NCBI RefSeq assembly: GCF_009914755.1
Contig: NC_060948.1
Source: the human T2T-CHM13v2.0 reference genome, Homo sapiens
Strand: one strand, 5' to 3'
Length of the DNA: 64,000 nucleotides
Both the position numbers and the translations under genes were made by a program. The notes beneath the pieces are model-generated. The model was given only the letters and a program-made list of their open reading frames with translations, was not told the DNA's origin and did not search any database. Shown here piece by piece: positions 11,387 through 25,657 of the stretch. The stretch's first letter is position 1, and every line of letters starts with the position of its first letter.

Positions 11387-14300
11387 GGCCTGGAATAAAG
11401 TGGAATGCTACGGTCTCGAATGGAATAAAAATGTATGGAATGGAATGCAATGAAACGGAATCGAATGTCATAGAATATAATGGAATGCAAAAAAATGGAA
11501 TCCAAAATCATTGACTGGAAAGGCTGGGTGTCGAAAGGAATTGACTCCAATGGAATGGAATCGAATGGAATGGAAGTGAATAGAATCGAACAAAATCGAA
11601 TGGAATTTAATTGATAGGAACGGAATGGAAAGGAATGCAATGATTTGGCATGGAATGGAATCGAATGGCATCGAATGGAATGGAATGGAATGCAATGGAA
11701 TGGAATGTATTAGAATGTAATGAACTTTAATGGAATGTACTCGAATGGATTCGACTGGAATGGAATGTTCTGGAAGTGAATGGACTCCAATGGAATGGAT
11801 TCAAAAAGAATGGAATCGTACGGAATGGAAACTAATGGAATGGAATTAAATGGAAATGAATCAAATTGAATAGCACGGAATTGAATTGAATGGAATCGAA
11901 TGCAATGGAATCTAATGAAACGGAAAGGAAAGGAATGGAATGGAATGGAATGGGCTGGAATGGAAAGGAATCGAAACGAGTGGAATGGAATCGAACTGAA
12001 GAGACTGGAATGGAATGCACTGGAATGGAAGGGAGTGTAATGGAAGGTTCTCGAAAAAAATGGAATCGAATGGAATGCAATTGAATGGAACGGAATAGAG
12101 TCGAATGGAATTGAATGGAATGGAATGGACTAGAGTGAAATGGAATCGAACCACAAGGAATGGACAGGAATAGAATGGTCTCGAATTGAATGGAATCGTA
12201 TGGAATGGCATCAAACGGAATGGAATGGACAGCCACGGAATGGAATGCACTCGAATGCAATGGAGTCGAAACTAATGGACTGGAATAGAATGGACTCGAC
12301 TGGTACGGACTCCAATGGAATGGAATCGAATGGAATGGAATCGATCGGAATGGACTCGAAGGGAAAAGACTGCAATGGAAAGGTCTCGAATGGAATGGAA
12401 ATTAATGGAATGGAATTGAATCGAATGAAATGGAGTCAAAAGGAATGGAATCGAATGGCAAGAAATCGAATGTAATGGAATCGCAAGGAATTGATGTGAA
12501 CGGAACGGAATGGAATGGAATCCAAAGGAATGGAATAGAATGGAATGGAATCGAATGGAAAGGACTCGAATGGAAATCACTCGAATAGAATGCAATTTAA
12601 TAAAATAGGATCAAATGTAATGGAATGGAATGGAAAGGAATCGAAACGAAAGGAATGGAGACAGATGGAATGGAATGGAACAGAGAGCAATGGTATAGAA
12701 TGGAATGGAATCATCTGGAATGGAATTGAATGGAATGGAATAATATGAAATGGAATGGAATGGAATGCCCTTGAATTAAATGGACTGGAATGCAATGAAC
12801 TCGAACAGAGTGGAATGGAAAGTGTTGAGATAGAATGGAATGGACTCCTTTGGAATGGTGTAGTATGCAATGCAATCGACTGGCAGGGAATCAAAAGGAA
12901 TGTAATCGAATGGATTGGACTGGAATGCAATGGACTCGAATAGATTGGAAACGGAATAAAAAGGAATGGAATGGAATAGTATGGAATGGAATGGAAAGGA
13001 ATGGAGTGGAATAGACTAGAGTGGAATGGAATGGACTGGAAAGCAATGGACTGGAATGGAACTTTCTTGAATGGACTGGAATCAAACGGAATGGAATGCA
13101 ATGCAATCAAATGGCATGGAATAAAATAGAATGAAAGAGAATCAAATGGAATTGAATCGAATGGAATCGAATGGATTGGAAAGGAATAGAATGGAATGGA
13201 ATGGAATTGACTCAAATGGAATGGACTAGAATGGAATGGATTCGAATGGAAGGCAAAGGAATGGAATCTATTGGAATGGACTGTAATGGAATGGAATGGA
13301 AGGGATTGGAATGGACTCGAATGGAATGGACTGCAATAGAAAGGATTCGAATGGAATGAAAAAGAATTGAATGGAATAGAACAGAATGGAATCAAATCGA
13401 ATGAAATGGAATGGAATAGAAAGGAATGGAATGAAATGGAATGGAAAGGATTCGAAAGGAATGCAATCGAATGGAATGGAATCGAACAGAATGGAATAAA
13501 ATGGAAGAAAACTGGCAAGAAATGGAATCGAAATGAATGGAGTGTTATGGAACGGACTCAAAAGGAATTGAATGTAATAGAATGGAGTGGAGTGGACTCG
13601 AATATAATGGACTGGAATGGAATGAAATCACATGGAATGGGAACGAATGGAATGGAATGGAAAGGAATGGAATCGAATGGAAAGGAATCGAATGGAAGGG
13701 AATGAAATTGAATCAACAGGAATGGAAGGGAATAGAATAGACGGTAATGGAATGGACTCGAATAGAATGGACACGAATGCTCAAATTGAATGGACTCGAA
13801 TTTAATGGAAACGAAAGGAATGTCATCGAATGGAATTGAATCGATTGGAATGAAATCGCATAGAATGGAGTGGAATCAAATGGAATTGAATCGAAAGGAA
13901 AGGAAGCGAATGGACTGAAATGAAATGGAATGGAATTGAATGGAAAGTAATGCAATGGAATAGAATGGAACGAAATTTCACGGAATGGAATCAAACTGAA
14001 TGGAATCAAATCAATGGAATCAAATCAAATGGAATGGAAAGGAATTGAATGGAGTAGATTGGATTGGATGGGATTGGAATGAAATGTACTGGAAAGGACT
14101 CGAATTTCATGAAACGGAATGGAATGAATTGGAACGGAATGGACTCGAATGGAATGGAATGTCATGGAATGGCATCAAATGGAATGGCATCAAATGGAAT
14201 GGAATCGAAAGCAATGGAATGCTATGGAATGGAATGGAATGCATTGGAATGGAATGTCCTCTAATGGAATGGATTCGAGTGGAATGGAATCGAATATAAT

Positions 14301-14945
14301 GGAGTCGAATGAAATGGAATTGAAAGGAATGGGATCGAATACAACGGAATATACTGGAATGTAATGTAATGAACTCGAATGTAATTGACTGGAATGGAAT
14401 GTACATGAATGGAATGTAATCGAATGGAAAGAAATCCAATGGAATAGAATCTAATGCAATAAAATCGACTCAGATAGAGTAGAATGTAATGGAATGGAGT
14501 GCAGTGCAATGGAATGGAATGGAATGGAATGCAATGGAATGGAATGGAATGCAATGGAATGGAATGGAATGGAATGGAATGGGATGGAATGGTTTGGAAT
14601 GGATAGTAATGGACTGGAGTGAAATTTACCGGAAAGGAATGGACTCAAATTGAAAGGGCTCGAAAGGAATGGAGTCAAATGGAATGGTCTGGAATGGAAT
14701 GAACACGAATGTAATGCAATCCAATAGAATGGAAACGAATGGCATGGAATATAAAGAAATGGAATCGAAGAGAATGGAAACAAATGGAATGGAATTGAAT
14801 GGAATGGAATTGAATGGAATGGGAACGAATGGAGTGAAATTGTATGCAGTAGAAGGGAATAGAATGGAATGCAAGCGAAAGGAAAGGAATGGATTGGAAT
14901 GGAATGGAATTCATTGGAATGGAAGGGAATGTAGTGTAATGGACA
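11387..14945 (+). repeat. DYZ1 unit, 3559 bp
   Basis: GGCC 11387 to 14946. Confidence 0.92.
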
Positions 14946-17900
14946 GGCCTGGAATAAAGTGGAATGCTACGGTCTCGAATGGAATAAAAATGTATGGAAT
15001 GGAATGCAATGAAACGGAATCGAATGTCATAGAATGTAATGGAATGCAAAAAAATGGAATCCAAAATCATTGACTGGAAAGGCTGGGTGTCGAAAGGAAT
15101 TGACTCCAATGGAATGGAATCGAATGGAATGGAAGTGAATAGAATCGAACTAAATCGAATGGAATGGAATTGATAGGAACGGAATGGAAATGAATGCAAT
15201 GATTTGGCATGGAATGGAATCGAATGGCATCGAATGGAATGGAATGGAATGCAATGGAATGGAATGTATTAGAATGTAATGAACTTTAATGGAATGTACT
15301 CGAATGGATTCGACTGGAATGGAATGTTCTGGAAGTGAATGGACTCCAATGGAATGGATTCAAAAGGAATGGAATCGTACGGAATGGAAACTAATGGAAT
15401 GGAATTAAATGGAAATGAATCAAATTGAATAGCACGGAATTGAATTCAATGGAATCGAATGCAATGGAATCTAATGAAACGGAAAGGAAAGGAATGGAAT
15501 GGAATGGAATGGGCTGGAATGGAAAGGAATCGAAACGAATGGAATGGAATCGAACTGAAGAGACTGGAATGGAATGCACTGGAATGGAAGGGAGTGTAAT
15601 GGAAGGTTCTCGAAAAAAATGGAATCGAATGGAATGGAATTGAATGGAACGGAATAGAGTCGAATGGAATTGAATGGAATGGAATGGACTAGAGTGAAAT
15701 GGAATCGAACCACAAGGAATGGACAGGAAAAGAATGGTCTCGAATTGAATGGAATCGTATGGAATGGCATCAAACGGAATGGAATGGACAGCCACGGAAT
15801 GGAATGCACTCGAATGCAATGGAGTCGAAACTAATGGACTGGAATAGAATGGACTCGACTGGTACGGACTCCAATGGAATGGAATCGAATGGAAGGGAAT
15901 CGATCGGAATGGACTCGAATGGAAAAGACTGCAATGGAAAGGTCTCGAATGGAATGGAAATTAATGGAATGGAATGGAATCGAATGAATTGGAGTCAAAA
16001 GGAATGCAATCGAATGGCAAGAAATCGAATGTAATGGAATCGCAAGGAATTGATGTGAACGGAACGGAATGGAATGGAATCCAAAGGAATGGAATAGAAT
16101 GGAATGGAATCGAATGGAAAGGACTCGAATGGAAATCACTCGAATAGAATGCAATTTAATAAAATAGGATCAAATGTAATGGAATGGAATGGAAAGGAAT
16201 CGAAACGAAAGGAATGGAGACAGATGGAATGGAATGGAACAGAGAGCAATGGTATAGAATGGAATGGAATCATCTGGAATGGAATTGAATGGAATGGAAT
16301 AATATGAAATGGAATGGAATGGAATGGAATGGAATGCCCTTGAATTAAATGGACTGGAATGGAATGGACTCGAACAGAGTGGAATGGAAAGTGTTGAGAT
16401 AGAATGGAATGGACTCCTTTGGAATGGTGTAGTATGCAATGCAATCGACTGGCAGGGAATCAAAAGGAATGTAATGGAATGGATTGGACTGGAATGCAAT
16501 GGACTCGAATAGATTGGAAACGGAATGCAAAGGAATGGAATGGAATAGTATGGAATGGAATGGAAAGGAATGGAGTGGAATAGACTAGAGTGGAATGGAA
16601 TGGACTGGAAAGCAATGGACTGGAATGGAACTTTCTTGAATGGACTGGAATCAAACGGAATGGAATGCAATGCAATCAAATGGCATGGAATAAAATAGAA
16701 TGAAAGAGAATCAAATGGAATTGAATCGAATGGAATCGAATGGATTGGAAAGGAATAGAATGGAATGGAATGGAATTGACTCAAATGGAATGGACTAGAA
16801 TGGAATGGATTCGAATGGAAGGCAAAGGAATGGAATCTACTGGAATGGACTGTAATGGAATGGAATGGAAGGGATTGGAATGGACTCGAATGGAATGGAC
16901 TGCAATAAAAAGGATTCGAATGCAATGAAAAAGAATTGAATGGAATAGAACAGAATGGAATCAAATCGAATGAAATGGAATGGAATAGAAAGGAATGGAA
17001 TGAAATGGAATGGAAAGGATTCGAATGGAATGCAATCGAATGGAATGCAATCGAATGGAATGGAATCGAACGGAATGGAATAAAATGGAAGAAAACTGGC
17101 AAGAAATGGAATCGAAATGAATGGAGTGTTATGGAACGGACTCAAAAGGAATTGAATGTAATAGAATGGAGTGGAGTGGACTCGAATATAATGGACTGGA
17201 ATGGAATGAAATCACATGGAATGGGAACGAATGGAATGGAATGGAAAGGAATGGAATCGAATGGAAAGGAATCGAATGGAAGGGAATGAAATTGAATCAA
17301 CAGGAATGGAAGGGAATAGAATAGACGGTAATGGAATGGACTCGAATAGAATGGACACGAATGCTCAAATTGAATGGACTCGAATGGAATGGAAACGAAA
17401 GGAATGTCATCGAATGGAATTGAATCGATTGGAATGAAATCGCATAGAATGGAGTGGAATCAAATGGAATTGAATCGAAAGGAAAGGAAGCGAATGGACT
17501 GAAATGAAATGGAATGGAATTGAATGGAAAGTAATGCAATGGAATAGAATGGAACGAAATTTCACGGAATGGAATCAAACTGAATGGAATCAAATCAATG
17601 GAATCAAATCAAATGGAATGGAAAGGAATTGAATGGAGTAGATTGGATTGGATGGGATTGGAATGAAATGTACTGGAAAGGACTCGAATTTCATGAAACG
17701 GAATGGAATGAATTGGAACGGAATGGACTCGAATGGAATGGAATGTCATGGAATGGCATCAAATGGAATGGCATCAAATGGAATGGAATCGAATGCAATG
17801 GAATGCTATGGAATGGAATGGAATGCATTGGAATGGAATGTCCTCTAATGGAATGGATTCGAGTGGAATGGAATCGAATATAATGGAGTCGAATGAAATG

Positions 17901-18514
17901 GAATTGAAAGGAATGGGATCGAATACAATGGAATATACTGCAATGTAATGTAATGAACTCTAATGTAATTGACTGGAATGGAATGTACATGAATGGAATG
18001 TAATCGAATGGAAAGTAATCCAATGGAATAGAATCTAATGCAATAAAATCGACTAAGATAGAGTAGAATGTAATGGAATGGAGTGCAGTGCAATGGAATG
18101 GAATGGAATGGAATGCAATGGAATGGAATGGAATGGAATGGAATGGAATGGGATGGAATGGTATGGAATGGATAGTAATGGACTGGAGTGAAATGGACTG
18201 GAAAGGTATGGACTCAAATTGAAAGGGCTCGAAAGGAATGGAGTCAAATGGAATGGTCTGGAATGGAATGAACACGAATGTAATGCAATCCAATAGAATG
18301 GAATCGAATGGCATGGAATATAAAGAAATGGAATCGAAGAGAATGGAAACAAATGGAATGGAAGTGAATGGAATGGAATTGAATGGAATGGGAACGAATG
18401 GAGTGAAATTGTATGCAGTAGAAGAGAATAGAATGGAATGCAAGCGAAAGGAAAGGAATGGATTGGAATGGAATGGAATTCATTGGAATGGAAGGGAATG
18501 CAGTGTAATGGACA
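14946..18514 (+). repeat. DYZ1 unit, 3569 bp
   Basis: GGCC 14946 to 18515; 15-bp duplication near 17030-17055; extra GAATTC at 15442. Confidence 0.92.
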
Positions 18515-21500
18515 GGCCTGGAATAAAGTGGAATGCTACGGTCTCGAATGGAATAAAAATGTATGGAATGAAATGCAATGAAACGGAATCGAATGTCATA
18601 GAATATAATGGAATGCAAAAAAATGGAATCCAAAATCATTGACTGGAAAGGCTGGGTGTCGAAAGGAATTGACTCCAATGGAATGGAATCGAATGGAATG
18701 GAAGTGAATAGAATCGAACTAAATCGAATGGAATGGAATTGATAGGAACGGAATGGAAAGGAATGCAATGATTTGGCATGGAATGGAATCGAATGGCATC
18801 GAATGGAATGGAATGGAATGCAATGGAATGGAATGTATTAGAATGTAATGAACTTTAATGGAATGTACTCGAATGGATTCGACTGGAATGGAATGTTCTG
18901 GAAGTGAATGGACTCCAAAGGAATGGATTCAAAAGGAATGGAATCGTACGGAATGGAAACTAATGGAATGGAATTAAATGGAAATGAATCAAATTGAATA
19001 GCACGGAATTGAATTGAATGGAATCGAATGCAATGGAATCTAATGAAACGGAAAGGAAAGGAATGGAATGGAATGGAATGGGCTGGAATGGAAAGGAATC
19101 GAAACGAATGGAATGGAATCGAACTGAAGAGACGGGAATGGAATGCACTGGAATGGAAGGGAGTGTAATGGAAGGTTCTCGAAAAAAATGGAATCGAATG
19201 GAATGCAATTGAATGGAACGGAATAGAGTCGAATGGAATTGAATGGAATGGAATGGACTAGAGTGAAATGGAATCGAACCACAAGGAATGGACAGGAATA
19301 GAATGGTCTCGAATTGAATGGAATCGTATGGAATGGCATCAAACGGAATGGAATGGACAGCCACGGAATGGAATGCACTCGAATGCAATGGAGTCGAAAC
19401 TAATGGACTGGAATAGAATGGACTCGACTGGTACGGACTCCAATGGAATGGAATCGAATGGAAGGGAATCGATCGGAATGGACTCGAAGGGAAAAGACTG
19501 CAATGGAAAGGTCTCGAATGGAATGGAAATTAATGGAATGGAATGGAATCGAATGAAATGGAGTCAAAAGGAATGGAATCGAATGGCAAGAAATCGAATG
19601 TAATGGAATCGCAAGGAATTGATGTGAACGGAACGGAATGGAATGGAATCCAAAGGAATGGAATAGAATGGAATGGAATCGAATGGAAAGGACTCGAATG
19701 GAAATCACTCGAATAGAATGCAATTTAATAAAATAGGATCAAATGTAATGGAATGGAATGGAAAGGAATCGAAACGAAAGGAATGGAGACAGATGGAATG
19801 GAATGGAACAGAGAGCAATGGTATAGAATGGAATGGAATCATCTGGAAAGGAATTGAATGGAATGGAATAATATGAAATGGAATGGAATGGAATGGAATG
19901 GAATGCCCTTGAATTAAATGGACTGGAATGGAATGGACTCGAACAGAGTGGAATGGAAAGTGTTGAGATAGAATGGAATGGACTCCTTTGGAATGGTGTA
20001 GTATGCAATGCAATCGACTGGCAGGGAATCAAAAGGAATGTAATGGAATGGATTGGACTGGAATGCAATGGACTCGAATAGATTGGAAACGGAATGCAAA
20101 GGAATGGAATGGAATAGTATGGAATGGAATGGAAAGGAATGGAGTGGAATAGACTAGAGTGGAATGGAATGGACTGGAAAACAATGGACTGGAATGGAAC
20201 TTTCTTGAATGGACTGGAATCAAACGGAATGGAATGCAATGCAATCAAATGGCATGGAATAAAATAGAATGAAAGAGAATCAAATGGAATTGAATCGAAT
20301 GGAATCGAATGGATTGGAAAGGAATAGAATGGAATGGAATGGAATTGACTCAAATGGAATGGACTAGAATGGAATGGATTCGAATGGAAGGCAAAGGAAT
20401 GGAATCTATTGGAATGGACTGTAATGGAATGGAATGGAAGGGATTGGAATGGACTCGAATGGAATGGACTGCAATAGAAAGGATTCGAATGGAATGAAAA
20501 AGAATTGAATGGAATAGAACAGAATGGAATCAAATCGAATGAAATGGAATGGAATAGAAAGGAATGGAATGAAATGGAATGGAAAGGATTCGAATGGAAT
20601 GCAATCGAATGGAATGGAATCGAACGGAATGGAATAAAATGGAAGAAAACTGGCAAGAAATGGAATCGAAATGAATGGAGTGTTATGGAACGGACTCAAA
20701 AGGAATTGAATGTAATAGAATGGAGTGGAGTGGACTCGAATATAATGGACTGGAATGGAATGAAATCACATGGAATGGGAACGAATGGAATGGAATGGAA
20801 AGGAATGGAATCGAATGGAAAGGAATCGAATGGAAGGGAATGAAATTGAATCAACAGGAATGGAAGGGAATAGAATAGACGGTAATGGAATGGACACGAA
20901 TAGAATGGACACGAATGCTCAAATTGAATGGACTCGAATGGAATGGAAACGAAAGGAATGTCATCGAATGGAATTGAATCGATTGGAATGAAATCGCATA
21001 GAATGGAGTGGAATCAAATGGAAGTGAATCGAAAGGAAAGGAAGCGAATGGACTGAAATGAAATGGAATGGAATTGAATGGAAAGTAATGCAATGGAATA
21101 GAATGGAACGAAATTTCACGGAATGGAATCAAACTGAATGGAATCAAATCAATGGAATAAAATCAAATGGAATGGAAAGGAATTGAATGGAGTAGATTGG
21201 ATTGGATGGGATTGGAATGAAATGTACTGGAAAGGACTCGAATTTCATGAAACGGAATGGAATGAATTGGAACGGAATGGACTCGAATGGAATGGAATGT
21301 CATGGAATGGCATCAAATGGAATGGCATCAAATGGAATGGAATCGAATGCAATGGAATGCTATGGAATGGAATGGAATGCATTGGAATGGAATGTCCTCT
21401 AATGGAATGGATTCGAGTGGAATGGAATCGAATATAATGGAGTCGAATGAAATGGAATTGAAAGGAATGGGATCGAATACAATGGAATATACTGGAATGT

Positions 21501-22068
21501 AATGTAATGAACTCGAATGTAATTGACTGGAATGGAATGTACATGAATGGAATGTAATCGAATGGAAAGTAATCCAATGGAATAGAATCTAATGCAATAA
21601 AATCGACTAAGATAGAGTAGAATGTAATGGAATGGAGTGCAGTGCAATGGAATGGAATGGAATGGAATGCAATGGAATGGAATGGAATGGAATGGAATGG
21701 AATGGGATGGAATGGTATGGAATGGATAGTAATGGACTGGAGTGAAATGGACTGGAAAGGTATGGACTCAAATTGAAAGGGCTCGAAAGGAATGGAGTCA
21801 AATGGAATGGTCTGGAATGGAATGAACACGAATGTAATGCAATCCAATAGAATGGAATCGAATGGCATGGAATATAAAGAAATGGAATCGAAGAGAATGG
21901 AAACAAATGGAATGGAAGTGAATGGAATGGAATTGAATGGAATGGGAACGAATGGAGTGAAATTGTATGCAGTAGAAGAGAATAGAATGGAATGCAAGCG
22001 AAAGGAAAGGAATGGATTGGAATGGAATGGAATTCATTGGAATGGAAGGGAATGCAGTGTAATGGACA
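18515..22068 (+). repeat. DYZ1 unit, 3554 bp
   Basis: GGCC 18515 to 22069. Confidence 0.92.
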
Positions 22069-25000
22069 GGCCTGGAATAAAGTGGAATGCTACGGTCTCG
22101 AATGGAATAAAAATGTATGGAATGAAATGCAATGAAACGGAATCGAATGTCATAGAATATAATGGAATGCAAAAAAATGGAATCCAAAATCATTGACTGG
22201 AAAGGCTGGGTGTCGAAAGGAATTGACTCCAATGGAATGGAATCGAATGGAATGGAAGTGAATAGAATCGAACTAAATCGAATGGAATGGAATTGATAGG
22301 AACGGAATGGAAAGGAATGCAATGATTTGGCATGGAATGGAATCGAATGGCATCGAATGGAATGGAATGGAATGCAATGGAATGGAATGTATTAGAATGT
22401 AATGAACTTTAATGGAATGTACTCGAATGGATTCGACTGGAATGGAATGTTCTGGAAGTGAATGGACTCCAAAGGAATGGATTCAAAAGGAATGGAATCG
22501 TACGGAATGGAAACTAATGGAATGGAATTAAATGGAAATGAATCAAATTGAATAGCACGGAATTGAATTGAATGGAATCGAATGCAATGGAATCTAATGA
22601 AACGGAAAGGAAAGGAATGGAATGGAATGGAATGGGCTGGAATGGAAAGGAATCGAAACGAATGGAATGGAATCGAACTGAAGAGACGGGAATGGAATGC
22701 ACTGGAATGGAAGGGAGTGTAATGGAAGGTTCTCGAAAAAAATGGAATCGAATGGAATGCAATTGAATGGAACGGAATAGAGTCGAATGGAATTGAATGG
22801 AATGGAATGGACTAGAGTGAAATGGAATCGAACCACAAGGAATGGACAGGAATAGAATGGTCTCGAATTGAATGGAATCGTATGGAATGGCATCAAACGG
22901 AATGGAATGGACAGCCACGGAATGGAATGCACTCGAATGCAATGGAGTCGAAACTAATGGACTGGAATAGAATGGACTCGACTGGTACGGACTCCAATGG
23001 AATGGAATCGAATGGAAGGGAATCGATCGGAATGGACTCGAAGGGAAAAGACTGCAATGGAAAGGTCTCGAATGGAATGGAAATTAATGGAATGGAATGG
23101 AATCGAATGAAATGGAGTCAAAAGGAATGGAATCGAATGGCAAGAAATCGAATGTAATGGAATCGCAAGGAATTGATGTGAACGGAACGGAATGGAATGG
23201 AATCCAAAGGAATGGAATAGAATGGAATGGAATCGAATGGAAAGGACTCGAATGGAAATCACTCGAATAGAATGCAATTTAATAAAATAGGATCAAATGT
23301 AATGGAATGGAATGGAAAGGAATCGAAACGAAAGGAATGGAGACAGATGGAATGGAATGGAACAGAGAGCAATGGTATAGAATGGAATGGAATCATCTGG
23401 AATGGAATTGAATGGAATGGAATAATATGAAATGGAATGGAATGGAATGGAATGGAATGCCCTTGAATTAAATGGACTGGAATGGAATGGACTCGAACAG
23501 AGTGGAATGGAAAGTGTTGAGATAGAATGGAATGGACTCCTTTGGAATGGTGTAGTATGCAATGCAATCGACTGGCAGGGAATCAAAAGGAATGTAATGG
23601 AATGGATTGGACTGGAATGCAATGGACTCGAATAGATTGGAAACGGAATGCAAAGGAATGGAATGGAATAGTATGGAATGGAATGGAAAGGAATGGAGTG
23701 GAATAGACTAGAGTGGAATGGAATGGACTGGAAAGCAATGGACTGGAATGGAACTTTCTTGAATGGACTGGAATCAAACGGAATGGAATGCAATGCAATC
23801 AAATGGCATGGAATAAAATAGAATGAAAGAGAATCAAATGGAATTGAATCGAATGGAATCGAATGGATTGGAAAGGAATAGAATGGAATGGAATGGAATT
23901 GACTCAAATGGAATGGACTAGAATGGAATGGATTCGAATGGAAGGCAAAGGAATGGAATCTATTGGAATGGACTGTAATGGAATGGAATGGAAGGGATTG
24001 GAATGGACTCGAATGGAATGGACTGCAATAGAAAGGATTCGAATGGAATGAAAAAGAATTGAATGGAATAGAACAGAATGGAATCAAATCGAATGAAATG
24101 GAATGGAATAGAAAGGAATGGAATGAAATGGAATGGAAAGGATTCGAATGGAATGCAATCGAATGGAATGGAATCGAACGGAATGGAATAAAATGGAAGA
24201 AAACTGGCAAGAAATGGAATCGAAATGAATGGAGTGTTATGGAACGGACTCAAAAGGAATTGAATGTAATAGAATGGAGTGGAGTGGACTCGAATATAAT
24301 GGACTGGAATGGAATGAAATCACATGGAATGGGAACGAATGGAATGGAATGGAAAGGAATGGAATCGAATGGAAAGGAATCGAATGGAAGGGAATGAAAT
24401 TGAATCAACAGGAATGGAAGGGAATAGAATAGACGGTAATGGAATGGACTCGAATAGAATGGACACGAATGCTCAAATTGAATGGACTCGAATGGAATGG
24501 AAACGAAAGGAATGTCATCGAATGGAATTGAATCGATTGGAATGAAATCGCATAGAATGGAGTGGAATCAAATGGAATTGAATCGAAAGGAAAGGAAGCG
24601 AATGGACTGAAATGAAATGGAATGGAATTGAATGGAAAGTAATGCAATGGAATAGAATGGAACGAAATTTCACGGAATGGAATCAAACTGAATGGAATCA
24701 AATCAATGGAATCAAATCAAATGGAATGGAAAGGAATTGAATGGAGTAGATTGGATTGGATGGGATTGGAATGAAATGTACTGGAAAGGACTCGAATTTC
24801 ATGAAACGGAATGGAATGAATTGGAACGGAATGGACTCGAATGGAATGGAATGTCATGGAATGGCATCAAATGGAATGGCATCAAATGGAATGGAATCGA
24901 ATGCAATGGAATGCTATGGAATGGAATGGAATGCATTGGAATGGAATGTCCTCTAATGGAATGGATTCGAGTGGAATGGAATCGAATATAATGGAGTCGA

Positions 25001-25657
25001 ATGAAATGGAATTGAAAGGAATGGGATCGAATAGAATGGAATATACTGGAATGTAATGTAATGAACTGGAATGTAATTGACTGGAATGGAATGTACATGA
25101 ATGGAATGTAATCGAATGGAAAGTAATCCAATGGAATAGAATCTAATGCAATAAAATCGACTCAGATAGAGTAGAATGTAATGGAATGGAGTGCAGTGCA
25201 ATGGAATGGAATGGAATGGAATGCAATGGAATGGAATGGAATGGAATGGAATGGAATTCTATGGAATGGAATGGAATGGAATGGAATGGGATGGGATGGA
25301 ATTGTATGGAATGGATAGTAATGGACTGGAGTGAAATGGACTGGAAAGGAATGGACTCAAATTGAAAGGGCTCGAAAGGAATGGAGACAAATGGAATGGT
25401 CTGGAATGGAATGAACACGAATGTAATGCAATCCAATAAAATGGAGTCGAATGGCATGGAATATAAAGAAATGGAATCGAAGAGAATGGAAACAATTGGA
25501 ATGGAATTGAATGGAATGGAATTGAATGGAATGGGAACGAATGGAGTGAAATTGTATGCAGTAGAAGAGAATAGAATGGAATGGAAGCGAAAGGAAAGGA
25601 ATGGATTGGAATGGAATGGAATTCATTGGAATGGAAGGGAATGTAGTGTAATGGACA
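22069..25657 (+). repeat. DYZ1 unit, 3589 bp
   Basis: GGCC 22069 to 25658; extra GAATTC at 25254. Confidence 0.92.
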
